The notes below the pieces were generated by a model, which saw only the letters and a list, made by a program, of their open reading frames with translations, was not told the DNA's origin and searched no databases. A program made the position numbers and the translations under genes. Of a DNA stretch of 49,524 bases, positions 1 to 10,386 are shown one piece after another. Position 1 is the stretch's first letter, and each line of letters opens with the position of its first letter. Origin of the DNA: Nitrospirae bacterium MYbin3 (lineage in GTDB: Bacteria; Nitrospirota; Thermodesulfovibrionia; Thermodesulfovibrionales; Dissulfurispiraceae); NCBI GenBank assembly GCA_002753335.1, contig PEAD01000023.1, forward strand, positions 1 to 49,524. The letters are read 5' to 3'.

Positions 1-65
1 GGTAGGTGCCGGCGTTGTCACCGAAATTCTGGAGTAAAAAGTGAATCAAAAAATAAGAATAAAAC
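1..65 (+). repeat. Exact inverted copy of 1420..1484 (tuf 3' end and rpsJ 5' start); probable chimeric assembly junction
   Basis: Bases 1-65 equal the reverse complement of 1420-1484 base for base; identity stops at 66, where rplD sequence begins. Confidence 0.95.
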
Positions 66-526
66 AAAATGCTTTTCTTCGACAGACCTAATGTCTTTAT
101 AACTTTAGTTATTTCTTTTGTCTTGGGAGCCGCCACCGGCAAAGCATCTATAGCAATAAGTTCGTTATCCGAAAGCTTCATGCTCAAGGCCTTATACAGA
201 GCGGCCCTCTTGGCATTCTGCGGCATCTTGATCGAATAATCACGCGGTTGAGGGCCAAATATAGTGCCGCCACCTCTCCAGATTGGTGAGCGCGAACTAC
301 CGGACCTTGCCCTTCCTGTTGATTTCTGCTTCCATGGTTTTTTTCCGCCGCCGCTCACCAGTCCGCGCGTCTTGGTTGCATGCGTGCCCTGCCTCTGATT
401 CGCAAGGTACGCAACAATTGCGCTATGAACCAACGCCTCTGAAGCATCCGATGCAAAGATTTCATCAGAAAGATCGATCTTGCCTTTTGTATTATTGTTT
501 ATATCTTTTAGTTCAAGCTGAAGCAT
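66..526 (-). CDS. rplD: 50S ribosomal protein L4, 3'-truncated by the chimeric junction
   Basis: Manual translation from ATG 526: MLQLELKD...ANQRQGTHATKTRGLVSGGGKKPWKQKSTGRARSGSSRSPIWRGGGTIFGPQPRDY...; follows rplC. Missing from the ORF track because the frame has no stop before the window edge. Confidence 0.95.
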
Positions 527-530
527 ATTA

Positions 531-1142
531 TTATCCCTTCCGAATCTCTACTATTGAATTGACCGGCCCCGGAATCGCACCTTTTACCAAAATAACATTC
601 TGTTCAGGCCTAACATCAACCACCGTAAGTTTTTTTATGGTCACCCTGTCACATCCCATATGACCGGCCATTCTCATCCCCTTCCAAACCCTCGAAGGAT
701 AAGAACTCGCCCCAATAGAACCGGGGGCTCTGTAGCGGGTAGAGCCATGTGAGGCAGGGCCGCCCTTGAAATTATGACGCTTCATACCACCCTGAAACCC
801 TTTGCCCTTTGATATACCCGAAACAGCTATAAAATCACCTATGCTGAAACTGTCAGCTTTTATCAAATCTCCAATCTTAAAACCGTCCATAGGAAATTCT
901 TTAAGAAATTTATAAGAAGATGTTTCTGCTTTCTTAAAGATACCCAGTTGTGGCTTTGTCATGTTCTTCTCTTTTTTCAACTCCATAAACCCAACTTTAA
1001 CCGCCGAGTATCCATCCTTTTCTGATGTCTTAACCTGAATAACACAGCAAGGTCCGGCCTCTACAACCGTAACAGGCACCATCTTGCCGCCTTCGGCAAC
1101 TATCTGAGTCATCCCTAGTTTTTTGCCTAATATACCTGTCAT
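531..1142 (-). CDS. rplC: 50S ribosomal protein L3
   Basis: [28 protein letters not shown] motifs; S10 operon position. Confidence 0.98.
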   Translation of the reverse strand: MTGILGKKLGMTQIVAEGGKMVPVTVVEAGPCCVIQVKTSEKDGYSAVKVGFMELKKEKNMTKPQLGIFKKAETSSYKFLKEFPMDGFKIGDLIKADSFSIGDFIAVSGISKGKGFQGGMKRHNFKGGPASHGSTRYRAPGSIGASSYPSRVWKGMRMAGHMGCDRVTIKKLTVVDVRPEQNVILVKGAIPGPVNSIVEIRKG

Positions 1143-1444
1143 AACTTAATCTCCACATCCACCCCGGAAGCAAGCTCAAGCTTCATAAGAGCGTCAACAG
1201 TATCGGGGGTTGGATCATATATATCAATCAATCTTTTATGAGTTCTGATCTCGAACTGCTCTCTTGACTTTTTGTCGATATGCGGGGACCTTAATATAGT
1301 ATATTTGCTTATTTGCGTCGGAAGCGGCACCGGTCCAGAAATGCGAGCCCCTGTCCTGTGAGCAGTATCAACAATCTCTTTCACAGACTGGTCAAGCAGT
1401 CTGTGGTCATAAGCCTTCAGTTTTATTCTTATTTTTTGATTCAC
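1139..1444 (-). CDS. rpsJ: 30S ribosomal protein S10
   Basis: [15 protein letters not shown]...[19 protein letters not shown] start 3 nt after the tuf stop. Confidence 0.98.
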   Translation of the reverse strand: MNQKIRIKLKAYDHRLLDQSVKEIVDTAHRTGARISGPVPLPTQISKYTILRSPHIDKKSREQFEIRTHKRLIDIYDPTPDTVDALMKLELASGVDVEIKL

Positions 1445-1447
1445 TTT

Positions 1448-2647
1448 TTACTCCAGAATTTCGGTGACAACGCCGGCACCTACCGTCCTGCCTCCTTCTC
1501 TTATTGCAAACCTCAATTCCTTATCCATCGCTATCGGCGCTATCAACTCAACCGATATCGTCACGTTGTCTCCAGGCATCACCATCTCTATCCCCTCAGG
1601 CAGCTGCGCAACTCCTGTCACGTCCGTTGTCCTGAAGTAAAACTGCGGCCTGTATCCATTGAAAAACGGTGTGTGCCTTCCGCCTTCTTCTTTCGTCAAT
1701 ACATATGCCTCTGCCTTGAACTTCGTGTGCGGGGTTATGCTTCCGGTCTTTGCCAGTACCATTCCCCTCTCTACGTCGTCTTTCCCTGTGCCTCTCAATA
1801 ATGCCCCTATGTTATCTCCCGCCCTGCCTTCATCAAGCAACTTGCGGAACATTTCTACTCCGGTCACTACTGTTTTCCTTGTTTCTCTCAGTCCCACTAT
1901 TTCTACTTCTTCGCCTACTTTGATTATTCCTCTTTCTACTCTGCCCGTTACTACTGTTCCTCTTCCTGATATGCTGAATACGTCTTCTATCGGCATCAGG
2001 AAAGGTCTGTCTATCGGTCTCTCAGGTGTCGGTACATAACTGTCTACTGCTGCCATCAGATCATGCACGCACTGAAATTCCGGTGCGTTGAAGTCTGTGC
2101 TGTTGCATTCCATTGCTTTTAATGCACTGCCCCTTACTATCGGGATGTCGTTGCCGGGAAATCCATATTTTACCAATAACTCCCTTATTTCAAGTTCCAC
2201 CAAGTCCAATAACTCCGGGTCATCCACCATGTCCACTTTGTTCATGAACACTACTATATACGGCACTCCTACCTGTCTTGCAAGCAGTATGTGCTCTCTT
2301 GTCTGAGGCATCGGTCCGTCCGCTGCGCTCACTACCAGTATCGCTCCGTCCATCTGCGCTGCGCCTGTTATCATGTTCTTTACATAGTCAGCATGCCCAG
2401 GACAGTCAACGTGCGCATAGTGCCTGTTGTCAGTCTCGTACTCTACATGCGCTGTTGCTATGGTTATGCCTCTTGCCTTCTCTTCAGGCGCATTATCTAT
2501 CTGGTCGTATGCCTTGAACTGTGCATAACCCTTTATGGCCAGTATCTTCGTTATTGCTGCCGTCAATGTCGTCTTGCCGTGGTCTACATGCCCTATCGTC
2601 CCTACATTACAGTGCGGCTTTGTCCTCTCAAATTTTGCCTTAGCCAT
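1448..2647 (-). CDS. tuf: Elongation factor Tu
   Basis: [13 protein letters not shown] and NKVD GTPase motifs; C-terminal [13 protein letters not shown]. Confidence 0.99.
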   Translation of the reverse strand: MAKAKFERTKPHCNVGTIGHVDHGKTTLTAAITKILAIKGYAQFKAYDQIDNAPEEKARGITIATAHVEYETDNRHYAHVDCPGHADYVKNMITGAAQMDGAILVVSAADGPMPQTREHILLARQVGVPYIVVFMNKVDMVDDPELLDLVELEIRELLVKYGFPGNDIPIVRGSALKAMECNSTDFNAPEFQCVHDLMAAVDSYVPTPERPIDRPFLMPIEDVFSISGRGTVVTGRVERGIIKVGEEVEIVGLRETRKTVVTGVEMFRKLLDEGRAGDNIGALLRGTGKDDVERGMVLAKTGSITPHTKFKAEAYVLTKEEGGRHTPFFNGYRPQFYFRTTDVTGVAQLPEGIEMVMPGDNVTISVELIAPIAMDKELRFAIREGGRTVGAGVVTEILE

Positions 2648-2690
2648 TTCGCCTCCTTGCCGACCTTGTAACTTTCATTGTATTTATAAT

Positions 2691-4769
2691 TTATTCGCCC
2701 TTAACTTTTGCGACTATAGTTTCCATTATATTTTTAGGCACTTCTTCGTAATGAGAAAACTGCATTGTATAGTTTGCACGCCCCTGGGTCTTTGACCGCA
2801 GGTCGGTCGCATAACCAAACATATCCGAAAGAGGAACCTGCGATTTTATAATCTGAGCATTCCCTCTCTTTTCCATCTGTTGTATCTTACCGCGCCTTGA
2901 GTTCAAGTCTCCGATAACATCTCCCATGTACTCTTCAGGCGTTACAACTTCTACACCCATTATAGGTTCAAGCAAAACAATCTGCCCTTTTTTAGCCCCT
3001 TCTTTAAATGCCATCGAGCCGGCAATCTTGAACGCCATTTCGGACGAGTCAACTTCATGATACGATCCGTCAAAGAGGCTAACCTTGCAATCAACAACAG
3101 GATAGCCTGCAAGCACTCCTCCGACCATCGCCTCTTTTATACCCTTCTCTACTGCAGGAACATACTCTCTCGGTATCGAGCCTCCAACAATCTTGTTAAC
3201 AAACTCAAACCCCTTGCCTCTTTCTAATGGCTCTAAGTCTATCCAGACATGTCCGTACTGGCCTCTGCCGCCGGACTGTCTCACAAATTTACCCTCAACC
3301 TTTGCTGCTTTCTTTATTGTCTCTTTATAGGCAACCTGAGGCTTGCCGACATTTGCGCCAACCTTAAATTCTCTTAAAAGCCTGTCAACAATAATTTCGA
3401 GATGCAACTCTCCCATTCCCGAAATGATGGTCTGGCCGGTTTCTTCATTATATGAAACCTTGAATGATGGATCTTCCTGTGCAAGCTTAGAAAGCGAAAC
3501 AGAAAGCCTTTCCTGATCAGCCTTGGTTTTCGGTTCAATTGCCACAGAAATAACAGGATCAGGAAACTCCATAGACTCAAGGATTACCTGCTTGTTCTCA
3601 TCGCATAACGTGTCGCCGGTAAGCGTGCTCTTCAATCCAACTACAGCAGCTATATCCCCTGCCCGAACTTCTTTTATCTCTTCCCTTTTGTTTGCATGCA
3701 TCTGGAGAAGTCTTCCGATTCTCTCCTTAGCATCTTTTGTTGAATTGTAAATATAGGAGCCCGAGTTGAGCACTCCAGAATAAACTCTTACAAAAGTAAG
3801 CTGGCCAACAAACGGGTCGGTCATTATTTTAAATGCAAGCGCTGCAAAAGGTTCGCTATCAGAAGCAGATCTCTCCACCTCAGAATCATCCTTTGGGTTA
3901 ATTCCTTTTATAGGAGGAACATCGAGCGGAGAAGGGAGATAATCAACAATTGCATCAAGTAGAAGCTGGACACCTTTGTTCTTAAATGCTGAGCCGCATA
4001 CTACTGGGGTTATCTGAAGAGTTACTGTACCCTTTCTCAAAGCAGCTTTGATTTCAGCTTCAGTTATGCTTTCTCCGGAGAGATATTTTTCCATTATCTT
4101 TTCATCTACATCTGCAAGGGCCTCAACCATCTTATCCCTAAACTCTTTTGCCTTTGCAGCATATTCGGCAGGAATCTCATCTTCTACAAATTTAGCTCCG
4201 AGTGTCTCGTCATCAAACAAATACGCCTTCATGTTCACAAGGTCTATAGACCCTCTGAACAAATCCTCTTTCCCTATAGGTATATGGATAGATACCGGCC
4301 TTGCACCCAGCTTTTCAACCATAGAATCAACAGCCATGAAAAAGTCGGCACCGACCCTATCCATCTTATTCATAAATGCTATGCGCGGAACACCGTATTT
4401 GCTGGCCTGTCTCCAAACCGTCTCTGATTGAGGCTCAACACCTGCAACAGCATCAAAAACAGCAACCGCTCCGTCTAAAACTCTAAGAGAACGCTCAACC
4501 TCTATAGTAAAATCAACATGGCCCGGGGTATCTATTATATTAACGCGATGACCCTTCCAATCGCATGTGGTTGCAGCCGAGGTGATAGTTATACCGCGTT
4601 CCTGCTCCTGTACCATCCAGTCCATTACTGCGGTGCCGTCATGTACTTCGCCTATTTTATAGGTTACACCGGTGTAATACAGAACACGCTCTGTAGTTGT
4701 AGTCTTGCCGGCATCAATATGTGCCATTATGCCTATATTGCGTGTTTTTTCTAAAGGAACTCGTGACAT
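2691..4769 (-). CDS. fusA: Elongation factor G
   Basis: [25 protein letters not shown]; 692 aa; str operon position. Confidence 0.99.
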   Translation of the reverse strand: MSRVPLEKTRNIGIMAHIDAGKTTTTERVLYYTGVTYKIGEVHDGTAVMDWMVQEQERGITITSAATTCDWKGHRVNIIDTPGHVDFTIEVERSLRVLDGAVAVFDAVAGVEPQSETVWRQASKYGVPRIAFMNKMDRVGADFFMAVDSMVEKLGARPVSIHIPIGKEDLFRGSIDLVNMKAYLFDDETLGAKFVEDEIPAEYAAKAKEFRDKMVEALADVDEKIMEKYLSGESITEAEIKAALRKGTVTLQITPVVCGSAFKNKGVQLLLDAIVDYLPSPLDVPPIKGINPKDDSEVERSASDSEPFAALAFKIMTDPFVGQLTFVRVYSGVLNSGSYIYNSTKDAKERIGRLLQMHANKREEIKEVRAGDIAAVVGLKSTLTGDTLCDENKQVILESMEFPDPVISVAIEPKTKADQERLSVSLSKLAQEDPSFKVSYNEETGQTIISGMGELHLEIIVDRLLREFKVGANVGKPQVAYKETIKKAAKVEGKFVRQSGGRGQYGHVWIDLEPLERGKGFEFVNKIVGGSIPREYVPAVEKGIKEAMVGGVLAGYPVVDCKVSLFDGSYHEVDSSEMAFKIAGSMAFKEGAKKGQIVLLEPIMGVEVVTPEEYMGDVIGDLNSRRGKIQQMEKRGNAQIIKSQVPLSDMFGYATDLRSKTQGRANYTMQFSHYEEVPKNIMETIVAKVKGE

Positions 4770-4785
4770 TAGACTTTGCTGCTCC

Positions 4786-5256
4786 TTACCATCTGTAATG
4801 TGCGAACGCCCTGTTGGCTTCGGCCATTTTGTGGGTGTCTTCTTTTTTCTTTATAGATGAGCCGGTGTTGTTGTATGCATCAAGCAATTCGCCGGCGATT
4901 CTCTCTCTCATCGTCTTTTCTTTGCGGTCTCTGGAGTAGCTTACAATCCATCTCAGAGCAAGGGCAACCTTCCTCTGTGGCTTGACTTCGATAGGAATCT
5001 GATAGGTCGCACCGCCCACCCTTCTGGGCTTTACCTCCACAAGCGGCTTAACATTTTCAACTGCCGCTTTAAAAACCTTTAAGGGGTCATTACCGGTCTT
5101 GTCCTTAATAATATCAAACGCACCGTAGCATATCCTCTCTGCAGTGGACTTCTTACCCTGCTCGAGAAAAACAGCCACAAATCTTGATACAAGCTTGCTA
5201 TTGAACTTGGGATCCGGTAAAACTTCTCTTTTTTCTGCTACCCTTCTTCTTGCCAT
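4786..5256 (-). CDS. rpsG: 30S ribosomal protein S7
   Basis: RRVGGATYQ and [15 protein letters not shown]. Confidence 0.98.
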   Translation of the reverse strand: MARRRVAEKREVLPDPKFNSKLVSRFVAVFLEQGKKSTAERICYGAFDIIKDKTGNDPLKVFKAAVENVKPLVEVKPRRVGGATYQIPIEVKPQRKVALALRWIVSYSRDRKEKTMRERIAGELLDAYNNTGSSIKKKEDTHKMAEANRAFAHYRW

Positions 5257-5285
5257 CTCGGTTTACTCCAGATTGATATTAAAGT

Positions 5286-5657
5286 TTACTTGGGACGCTT
5301 GGCTCCGTATTTGGAGCGTCCGCGTTTCCTGTCGGCAACACCTGCACAATCAAGTGTTCCTCTTAATATATGGTATCTAACGCCGGGAAGGTCCTTAACC
5401 CTGCCGCCTCTTATCAATACTATTGAATGCTCCTGAAGGTTGTGTCCAACGCCCGGTATATACGCAGTAACCTCCATACCGTTTGTCAGCCTTACCCTTG
5501 CAACCTTTCTCAATGCCGAGTTAGGCTTCTTAGGTGTTGTCGTATAAACCCTGACACAAACACCCCGCTTCTGCGGGCAGTTCTTTAGAGCCGGACTTTT
5601 AGTCTTTGATTCGACCTGCTTACGGCTTTTTTTCACTAACTGAGCAATCGTCGGCAC
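5286..5657 (-). CDS. rpsL: 30S ribosomal protein S12
   Basis: [16 protein letters not shown] and [12 protein letters not shown]. True start is GTG at 5657 (MPTIAQL) after a GGAGG SD; the track's extension to 5795 is spurious. Confidence 0.98.
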   Translation of the reverse strand: MPTIAQLVKKSRKQVESKTKSPALKNCPQKRGVCVRVYTTTPKKPNSALRKVARVRLTNGMEVTAYIPGVGHNLQEHSIVLIRGGRVKDLPGVRYHILRGTLDCAGVADRKRGRSKYGAKRPK

Positions 5658-5727
5658 TTTACCTCCAAAATTAATAACCAAAATACTTTGTTTTGTTAAA
5701 AACACCGATTTAACGGAAAACCCGATA

Positions 5728-5756
5728 AGGTTACCAGAGCACTTCTTTTTTGTCAA
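5728..5756 (-). promoter_or_regulatory. Sigma70-type promoter of the str/S10 operon
   Basis: TTGACA-N17-TAACCT with extended -10 TG, about 70 nt upstream of rpsL. Confidence 0.8.
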
Positions 5757-5948
5757 GTCCTTAGGTCCCAAAAACGGGGAAGTTGAATATAACATATTCG
5801 TTAGAAAAAATAAAAGGGGTGTATTGTGATATACTTTTTTCTAAAACATAAACCAGCATAAAACCCTTTAGAAAATACCATTCAGCCGCAACGTGCCGCT
5901 TATCATAGAGCCTTAAGCACGCCGGCTTCGAGCAAGGAGAACACAGCT

Positions 5949-6566
5949 ATGACAAAGAATATCCACAGAATAGGACATGACACTTTTAAAATAACCGGAG
6001 AAAAAATTATTTACACCGACCCGTTCAAAATAAAAAAGAATGACACCGCTGACCTTATACTGGTAACACATGAGCACTATGACCATTGCTCACCGGATGA
6101 CATAAAAAAGATACAGGGCAAGCACACCGTTATAGTGACCGTTGCCGACTGCGCAAAAAAACTTTCGGGCAACATAAAAATAGTCAAACCGGGCGACAAG
6201 ATAAATGTTGAGGGAATAGAAATCGAAGCGGTGCCTGCTTACAACACCAACAAACAGTTCCATACAAAAGACAAGGGCTGGGTGGGTTTTATCTTCAAGA
6301 CAAACGGCATGCGTATTTACCTGGCAGGAGATACTGACCACATTCCGGAAATGAAGCACTTCAAAAATATCGATATAGCATTACTCCCTGTTTCGGGCAC
6401 TTATGTTATGAGCGCCGATGAAGCTGTTAGGGCAGCTCTGGACATAAATCCTAAAGTTGCGATTCCCATGCACTACGGCTCTATTGTGGGCAATGCGGCC
6501 GATGCAAAAAATTTTGCCGAAGGCCTTAAGGGCAAAATAGAAGTAGCAATACTCAGCGAAGAATAG
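5949..6566 (+). CDS. Metallo-beta-lactamase fold hydrolase (UlaG/Lactamase_B_3-like)
   Basis: GHDTF, THEHYDH, YLAGDT and IPMHY motifs; AAGGAG SD. Confidence 0.9.
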   Translation: MTKNIHRIGHDTFKITGEKIIYTDPFKIKKNDTADLILVTHEHYDHCSPDDIKKIQGKHTVIVTVADCAKKLSGNIKIVKPGDKINVEGIEIEAVPAYNTNKQFHTKDKGWVGFIFKTNGMRIYLAGDTDHIPEMKHFKNIDIALLPVSGTYVMSADEAVRAALDINPKVAIPMHYGSIVGNAADAKNFAEGLKGKIEVAILSEE

Positions 6567-6576
6567 TTTTCGGACG

Positions 6577-7383
6577 ATGGATTTCGAAGAAGGTTTTAAT
6601 GCCGATTGGCTTCAAAACAAACTGAATGAGCAGTCCTCAATAATCGGTCGCAAAATAATTTTCCTTAAAGAGACCGGCTCCACAAATGAATTTGCGGACA
6701 ATCTTGTTAAAAAAGGATCTGAAGAAGGCACGGTAGTTATAGCCGACTCGCAGACCGCAGGCATAGGTAGGCACGGCAGAAGTTGGTTTTCACCACCGGG
6801 CAAAAATCTGTATGTTTCGGTAATACTTAAACATCCCCTACCTGTAAATAAATCAGGATTGCTGTCACTTATGGCAGCAGTAGCATCCTGTTCTGCATTA
6901 AACAAATTCGCCTCTTTAAAAACAGGCATCAAATGGCCCAATGACGTACTCTGCAATGAACGCAAACTAGGCGGCATTCTTACAACACTGAAATCATCAG
7001 GAGACTTTGTCAAACATGCTGTACTGGGCATCGGATTAAATATAAATATAAGCAGAGATGAGTTTCCGGAAGAAATCAGCGCTACAACAACATCAGCCAG
7101 AATAGAAACCGGCGCAGAGCTTTCGAGAAAGGATATCGCAAGAGAGCTGCTTGCCAATATCGATTTCTGGTATAAAAAATTAACTTCAGGAGAAGAAGAG
7201 GATATAATTTCTACATGGACAAAATTATCCATAACCTTAGGAAAGAAAGTCACGGCCAAGACTGCGGACGGTTTTTACAGCGGCATTGCCGAGGCCATAG
7301 ACGATAAAGGAATGCTGCTGATTAGACTTGATGACAATAGCCTAAAAAAGATAAGCTCAGGGGAAATAATCAACCTAAGATGA
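6577..7383 (+). CDS. birA: Biotin-[acetyl-CoA-carboxylase] ligase with no evident N-terminal HTH
   Basis: STN, QTAGIGRHGRSWFS, IKWPND, KLGGIL, GIGLN. Confidence 0.93.
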   Translation: MDFEEGFNADWLQNKLNEQSSIIGRKIIFLKETGSTNEFADNLVKKGSEEGTVVIADSQTAGIGRHGRSWFSPPGKNLYVSVILKHPLPVNKSGLLSLMAAVASCSALNKFASLKTGIKWPNDVLCNERKLGGILTTLKSSGDFVKHAVLGIGLNINISRDEFPEEISATTTSARIETGAELSRKDIARELLANIDFWYKKLTSGEEEDIISTWTKLSITLGKKVTAKTADGFYSGIAEAIDDKGMLLIRLDDNSLKKISSGEIINLR

Positions 7384-8156
7384 AAAGCCTGCTATGCATA
7401 GACATCGGAAACTCAACTATAGGATTAGCTTTTTTTGCTGACCCGTTGCAGCCTCGAACCGTTATTAAAAAAATACAGACCCATCCAGCAAAAAAACCGG
7501 ACCACTACAAGAAAATATTAGGCGCTATACTGAGAAAACATAAACTGTCCGGCAATAATATAGATGCGATAGTCTCATCTGTAGTTCCTTCTCTAAATGG
7601 GCCCGTCCTAAAATCTCTGCACCTGCTGAATATCCCCAAGCCGCTTCTCTTAACACATAAGACAAATACAGGCTTGCACATTGATACCAGAAACCCCTTA
7701 AAACTTGGCTCGGACAGAATCGCAAATGCGGTTGCCGGATTTGCGATCACAAAAAAACCGTGTGCGGTTGTGGACTTCGGCACAGCAACAACAATCACCG
7801 TAGTCGGAAAAAATAAAAATATTCTTGGCGGCTCAATACTTCCGGGAATCCAGCTTATGGCAAACTCCCTTGCGTGCGGCACCGCAAAACTGCCTCACAT
7901 AAAAAAAACCAAACCGATTATGGCATTAGGAAGGGATACATATTCAGCCATGCTGTCCGGAGTGATGTTCGGATCTGCGGGGGCCGTAGAGACAATAGTA
8001 CAAAAAATAGAGAAAGAATTGGGTTTTAAGTTACAATTACTCTCAACTGGCGGAAACAGCGAGGCGATGAGTTCCATGCTTAATAGAAAAAACAGCTATA
8101 CTGCTGATCTAATATTTCAGGGGCTTCGCCTGATATATCTTAAAAATACAGACTGA
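7380..8156 (+). CDS. coaX: Type III pantothenate kinase
   Basis: IDIGNS, LGSDR, VVDFGTATT, GGSILPG, TGG; ATGA overlap with birA. Confidence 0.93.
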   Translation: MKSLLCIDIGNSTIGLAFFADPLQPRTVIKKIQTHPAKKPDHYKKILGAILRKHKLSGNNIDAIVSSVVPSLNGPVLKSLHLLNIPKPLLLTHKTNTGLHIDTRNPLKLGSDRIANAVAGFAITKKPCAVVDFGTATTITVVGKNKNILGGSILPGIQLMANSLACGTAKLPHIKKTKPIMALGRDTYSAMLSGVMFGSAGAVETIVQKIEKELGFKLQLLSTGGNSEAMSSMLNRKNSYTADLIFQGLRLIYLKNTD

Positions 8157-8209
8157 TACAAAATGCAGTTATTCAAAATGCTGCTCTTTATATAAGGAGG
8201 ACAACATCT

Positions 8210-8653
8210 ATGCAAACCAATAAAATACTCTTCCCTACCGATTTTACCGAGGGTGCTCTTTACGCCCTGCCTTATGCTGTGGACTTAGCCCTCTGCAACA
8301 ACGCTAAGCTGTATATGCTCCATGTTATATATGATATCGCAACCGCCTCCGGATTATATGTTCCGCATATGCAGATTAACGACATGTACAAAGAGCTTGA
8401 AACCAGTGCACGCAAAGAGCTTGAAAAGTTTGGGGCAGAGCATAGAGAAATGTTAAAAAATGTCGAATATGCTGTACAAAGAGGAGTTCCCTACGAAGAG
8501 ATACTGAAATTTTCGGAAAAAGAAAAAATAGATATTATCGTTGTCGGCACACATGGCAGAAAGGGGCTTGACAGAGTACTCTTCGGAAGCACAGCAGAAA
8601 GAGTGGTCAGAAACGCTGCATGCCCGGTGCTCAGCGTGAGAAGCCCTCATTAA
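8210..8653 (+). CDS. Universal stress protein (single domain)
   Basis: KILFPTDF and VVGTHGRKG...LFGSTAERVVR. Confidence 0.93.
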   Translation: MQTNKILFPTDFTEGALYALPYAVDLALCNNAKLYMLHVIYDIATASGLYVPHMQINDMYKELETSARKELEKFGAEHREMLKNVEYAVQRGVPYEEILKFSEKEKIDIIVVGTHGRKGLDRVLFGSTAERVVRNAACPVLSVRSPH

Positions 8654-8668
8654 TATCCGAAGCACTCT

Positions 8669-8705
8669 TATTAGGGGATGCTCTAAACTCTCCTAATACT
8701 TTATA
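8669..8705 (+). terminator. Possible weak intrinsic terminator after usp
   Basis: TATTAGGGGA (8669-78) pairs with TCTCCTAATA (8689-98) with one G-U; short T-rich tail. Confidence 0.4.
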
Positions 8706-8709
8706 GCTC

Positions 8710-9576
8710 GTGAAAAACTCTTTTGTAATTTCTCTACTCTTTCATGCGGTTATTATAATGCTGCTTGTTTATTTAGCATCAGAAATTAAACAAGGCGGCA
8801 GCCCTCCTTTCTTCGCCCGCATAGTAACGCCTGATGAGATTAAAGACAGCGGCGGAGCAAGAGAAAAACAAAAACCCGCACTAATCTCGCCACATCAAAA
8901 AACCAGAAAAGCATCACAACGCCCAACAACCTCTACAGTTACCAGTCCGAAAACAAAACAAAAAAATGAAAAAGCCGCACAAAAAGGCATAGAGAGGGTT
9001 GCTCCCAGCACCGCGTACCATAAACCACAAACACCTTCAGATTCTGCTCTAAGCCAGAGCGGAGGGGGCCCCTCATCTCCTTCCGCTCCCACTATCCAGG
9101 CTGAAAAAGGCTTAGGCAGCGGCGAAAAAAGAGGAACAGATAGAGAGCTAAAATCACCTCAACCTCAGAAAACTTTTAAAGAAAAGATTTTCGACAAAGA
9201 AATAATTGGCAAGCTAATGGTTAAGGAACGCTCAAAAACCGATACTCCGGTAACTTTCGATACGAAAGAGTATAAATATTTTGGATATATGCGAAGGCTG
9301 AGAGATAAAATAGAAAATGCTTGGGTTTATCCTCAGGAGGCTGCTGAACGCGGGATTTATGGCGACCTTAGAATCAAATTCACAATAAGGAAAGATGGCA
9401 GGCTCGGCTCGGTCGAGCTTGTGAGAACGTCTGGACACAAAAGTTTGGACGATGCCGCAATAAGGGCACTAAGAAGCGCAGAGCCTTATTGGCCGTTGCC
9501 TGACGAATGGGGAGAAGACGGACTTACCATTACCGGACAGTTCATATACTCCCTTTACGGCACACACCTCAGGTGA
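8710..9576 (+). CDS. TonB family protein (TM anchor, low-complexity linker, TonB C-terminal domain)
   Basis: SLLFH TM motif; WVYPQEA...G...FTIRKDG...SG...LDDAAIRAL. Confidence 0.85.
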   Translation: MKNSFVISLLFHAVIIMLLVYLASEIKQGGSPPFFARIVTPDEIKDSGGAREKQKPALISPHQKTRKASQRPTTSTVTSPKTKQKNEKAAQKGIERVAPSTAYHKPQTPSDSALSQSGGGPSSPSAPTIQAEKGLGSGEKRGTDRELKSPQPQKTFKEKIFDKEIIGKLMVKERSKTDTPVTFDTKEYKYFGYMRRLRDKIENAWVYPQEAAERGIYGDLRIKFTIRKDGRLGSVELVRTSGHKSLDDAAIRALRSAEPYWPLPDEWGEDGLTITGQFIYSLYGTHLR

Positions 9577-9594
9577 CACTATTCTAGAAAAATC

Positions 9595-9623
9595 TTGACA
9601 TCTGAATCGTTCTGTTTTATTTT
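9595..9623 (+). promoter_or_regulatory. Sigma70-type promoter for desulforedoxin
   Basis: TTGACA-N17-TATTTT. Confidence 0.55.
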
Positions 9624-9665
9624 TTATTAGACGAAGCCAGCTGATAAATAAAGGAGGTGTACCAT

Positions 9666-9785
9666 ATGACAAAATCAGGCCAGAAATACAAATGCGGCAT
9701 TTGCGGCAATGAGGTAGTAGTCACTAATGCGGGAGCGGGCACTCTTGTCTGCTGCGGAAAGCCTATGTCTATGACAACCGAATAA
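9666..9785 (+). CDS. Desulforedoxin / desulfoferrodoxin FeS4 iron-binding domain protein (39 aa)
   Basis: MTKSGQKYKCGICGNEVVVTNAGAGTLVCCGKPMSMTTE has the CxxC...CC signature; AAGGAGGT SD; below the ORF-track size cutoff. Confidence 0.92.
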   Translation: MTKSGQKYKCGICGNEVVVTNAGAGTLVCCGKPMSMTTE

Positions 9786-9790
9786 CAACC

Positions 9791-9831
9791 TTAAGAAAGA
9801 GCCCTGCAGTTTACACAGGGCTCTTTCTTAA
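9791..9831. terminator. Bidirectional intrinsic terminator
   Basis: Perfect 16-bp inverted repeat TTAAGAAAGAGCCCTG-N9-CAGGGCTCTTTCTTAA between convergent genes. Confidence 0.88.
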
Positions 9832-9841
9832 TATAATAAAA

Positions 9842-10162
9842 TTACTTTCTTGTTGCAGCAGATGCTATTGAAGCAGCTATGTCTATAGCACGGCTCGAAT
9901 CACCAAGCCCGCCTGTTCCACCAGAAACCTTAGTTCTGATATTGCCGTTTACTTTTGCAAGATCAATACCCGTAACGGATACAACCTCTCCAAGAACCTC
10001 TTCCAAAGCAATGATATGGTACGCCATGTTCTCAACCTTTTGTACAAGCATAGAAAGAGTGTCGCTAAGCCCACCGACAGTTGCGGTAAGGATCCTTAGG
10101 TTTTCGGAAATAAGCTCTTCGTTGGTAAGCTGAGCAACTTCAACATTTTTTTCTTTCGCCAT
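9842..10162 (-). CDS. Hypothetical helical/coiled-coil protein (106 aa)
   Basis: ATG 10162 (MAKEKNVEV) with AAGGAGAG SD; own promoter upstream and terminator downstream. Confidence 0.8.
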   Translation of the reverse strand: MAKEKNVEVAQLTNEELISENLRILTATVGGLSDTLSMLVQKVENMAYHIIALEEVLGEVVSVTGIDLAKVNGNIRTKVSGGTGGLGDSSRAIDIAASIASAATRK

Positions 10163-10221
10163 TTTACTCTCCTTTAGTTTTATTAGAAGCATTTGCAATT
10201 TAAGGCTAACCAATTTGTAAA

Positions 10222-10250
10222 ATTATAGCAGATAACAGCGCTAAGTTCAA
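10222..10250 (-). promoter_or_regulatory. Sigma70-type promoter
   Basis: TTGAAC-N17-TATAAT with extended -10 TG. Confidence 0.75.
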
Positions 10251-10351
10251 AGGCACCAAAAGACACGGACCGTTTCAAAACTACATTTAGTTCAGCCTCC
10301 AAGTTTAACAACCACAAATCCGATGTTTTTGTTTCATCGGTTAATTTCGTC

Positions 10352-10380
10352 TTGACAACATCATGTCATTATAATATTAT
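10352..10380 (+). promoter_or_regulatory. Sigma70-type promoter of gntR, overlapped by a TGACA-N6-TGTCA palindrome
   Basis: TTGACA-N17-TATTAT; predicted +1 coincides with ATG 10387. Confidence 0.65.
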
Positions 10381-10386
10381 ATCGAT

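Noticed and set aside
1..37. Second tuf copy (tufB) on the plus strand
   Set aside because: Identity extends through the spacer into rpsJ and then breaks into mid-rplD, which fits a chimera rather than a paralog.
331..350. Frameshift in the T7 run of rplD
   Set aside because: It reads GGA AAA AAA CCA TGG (GKKPW) in frame.
5895..5945. SAM-I riboswitch suggested by CTTATCATAGAG
   Set aside because: Lacks the GAGGGA kink-turn, GCAACC, GGTGC and closing GATAAG elements.
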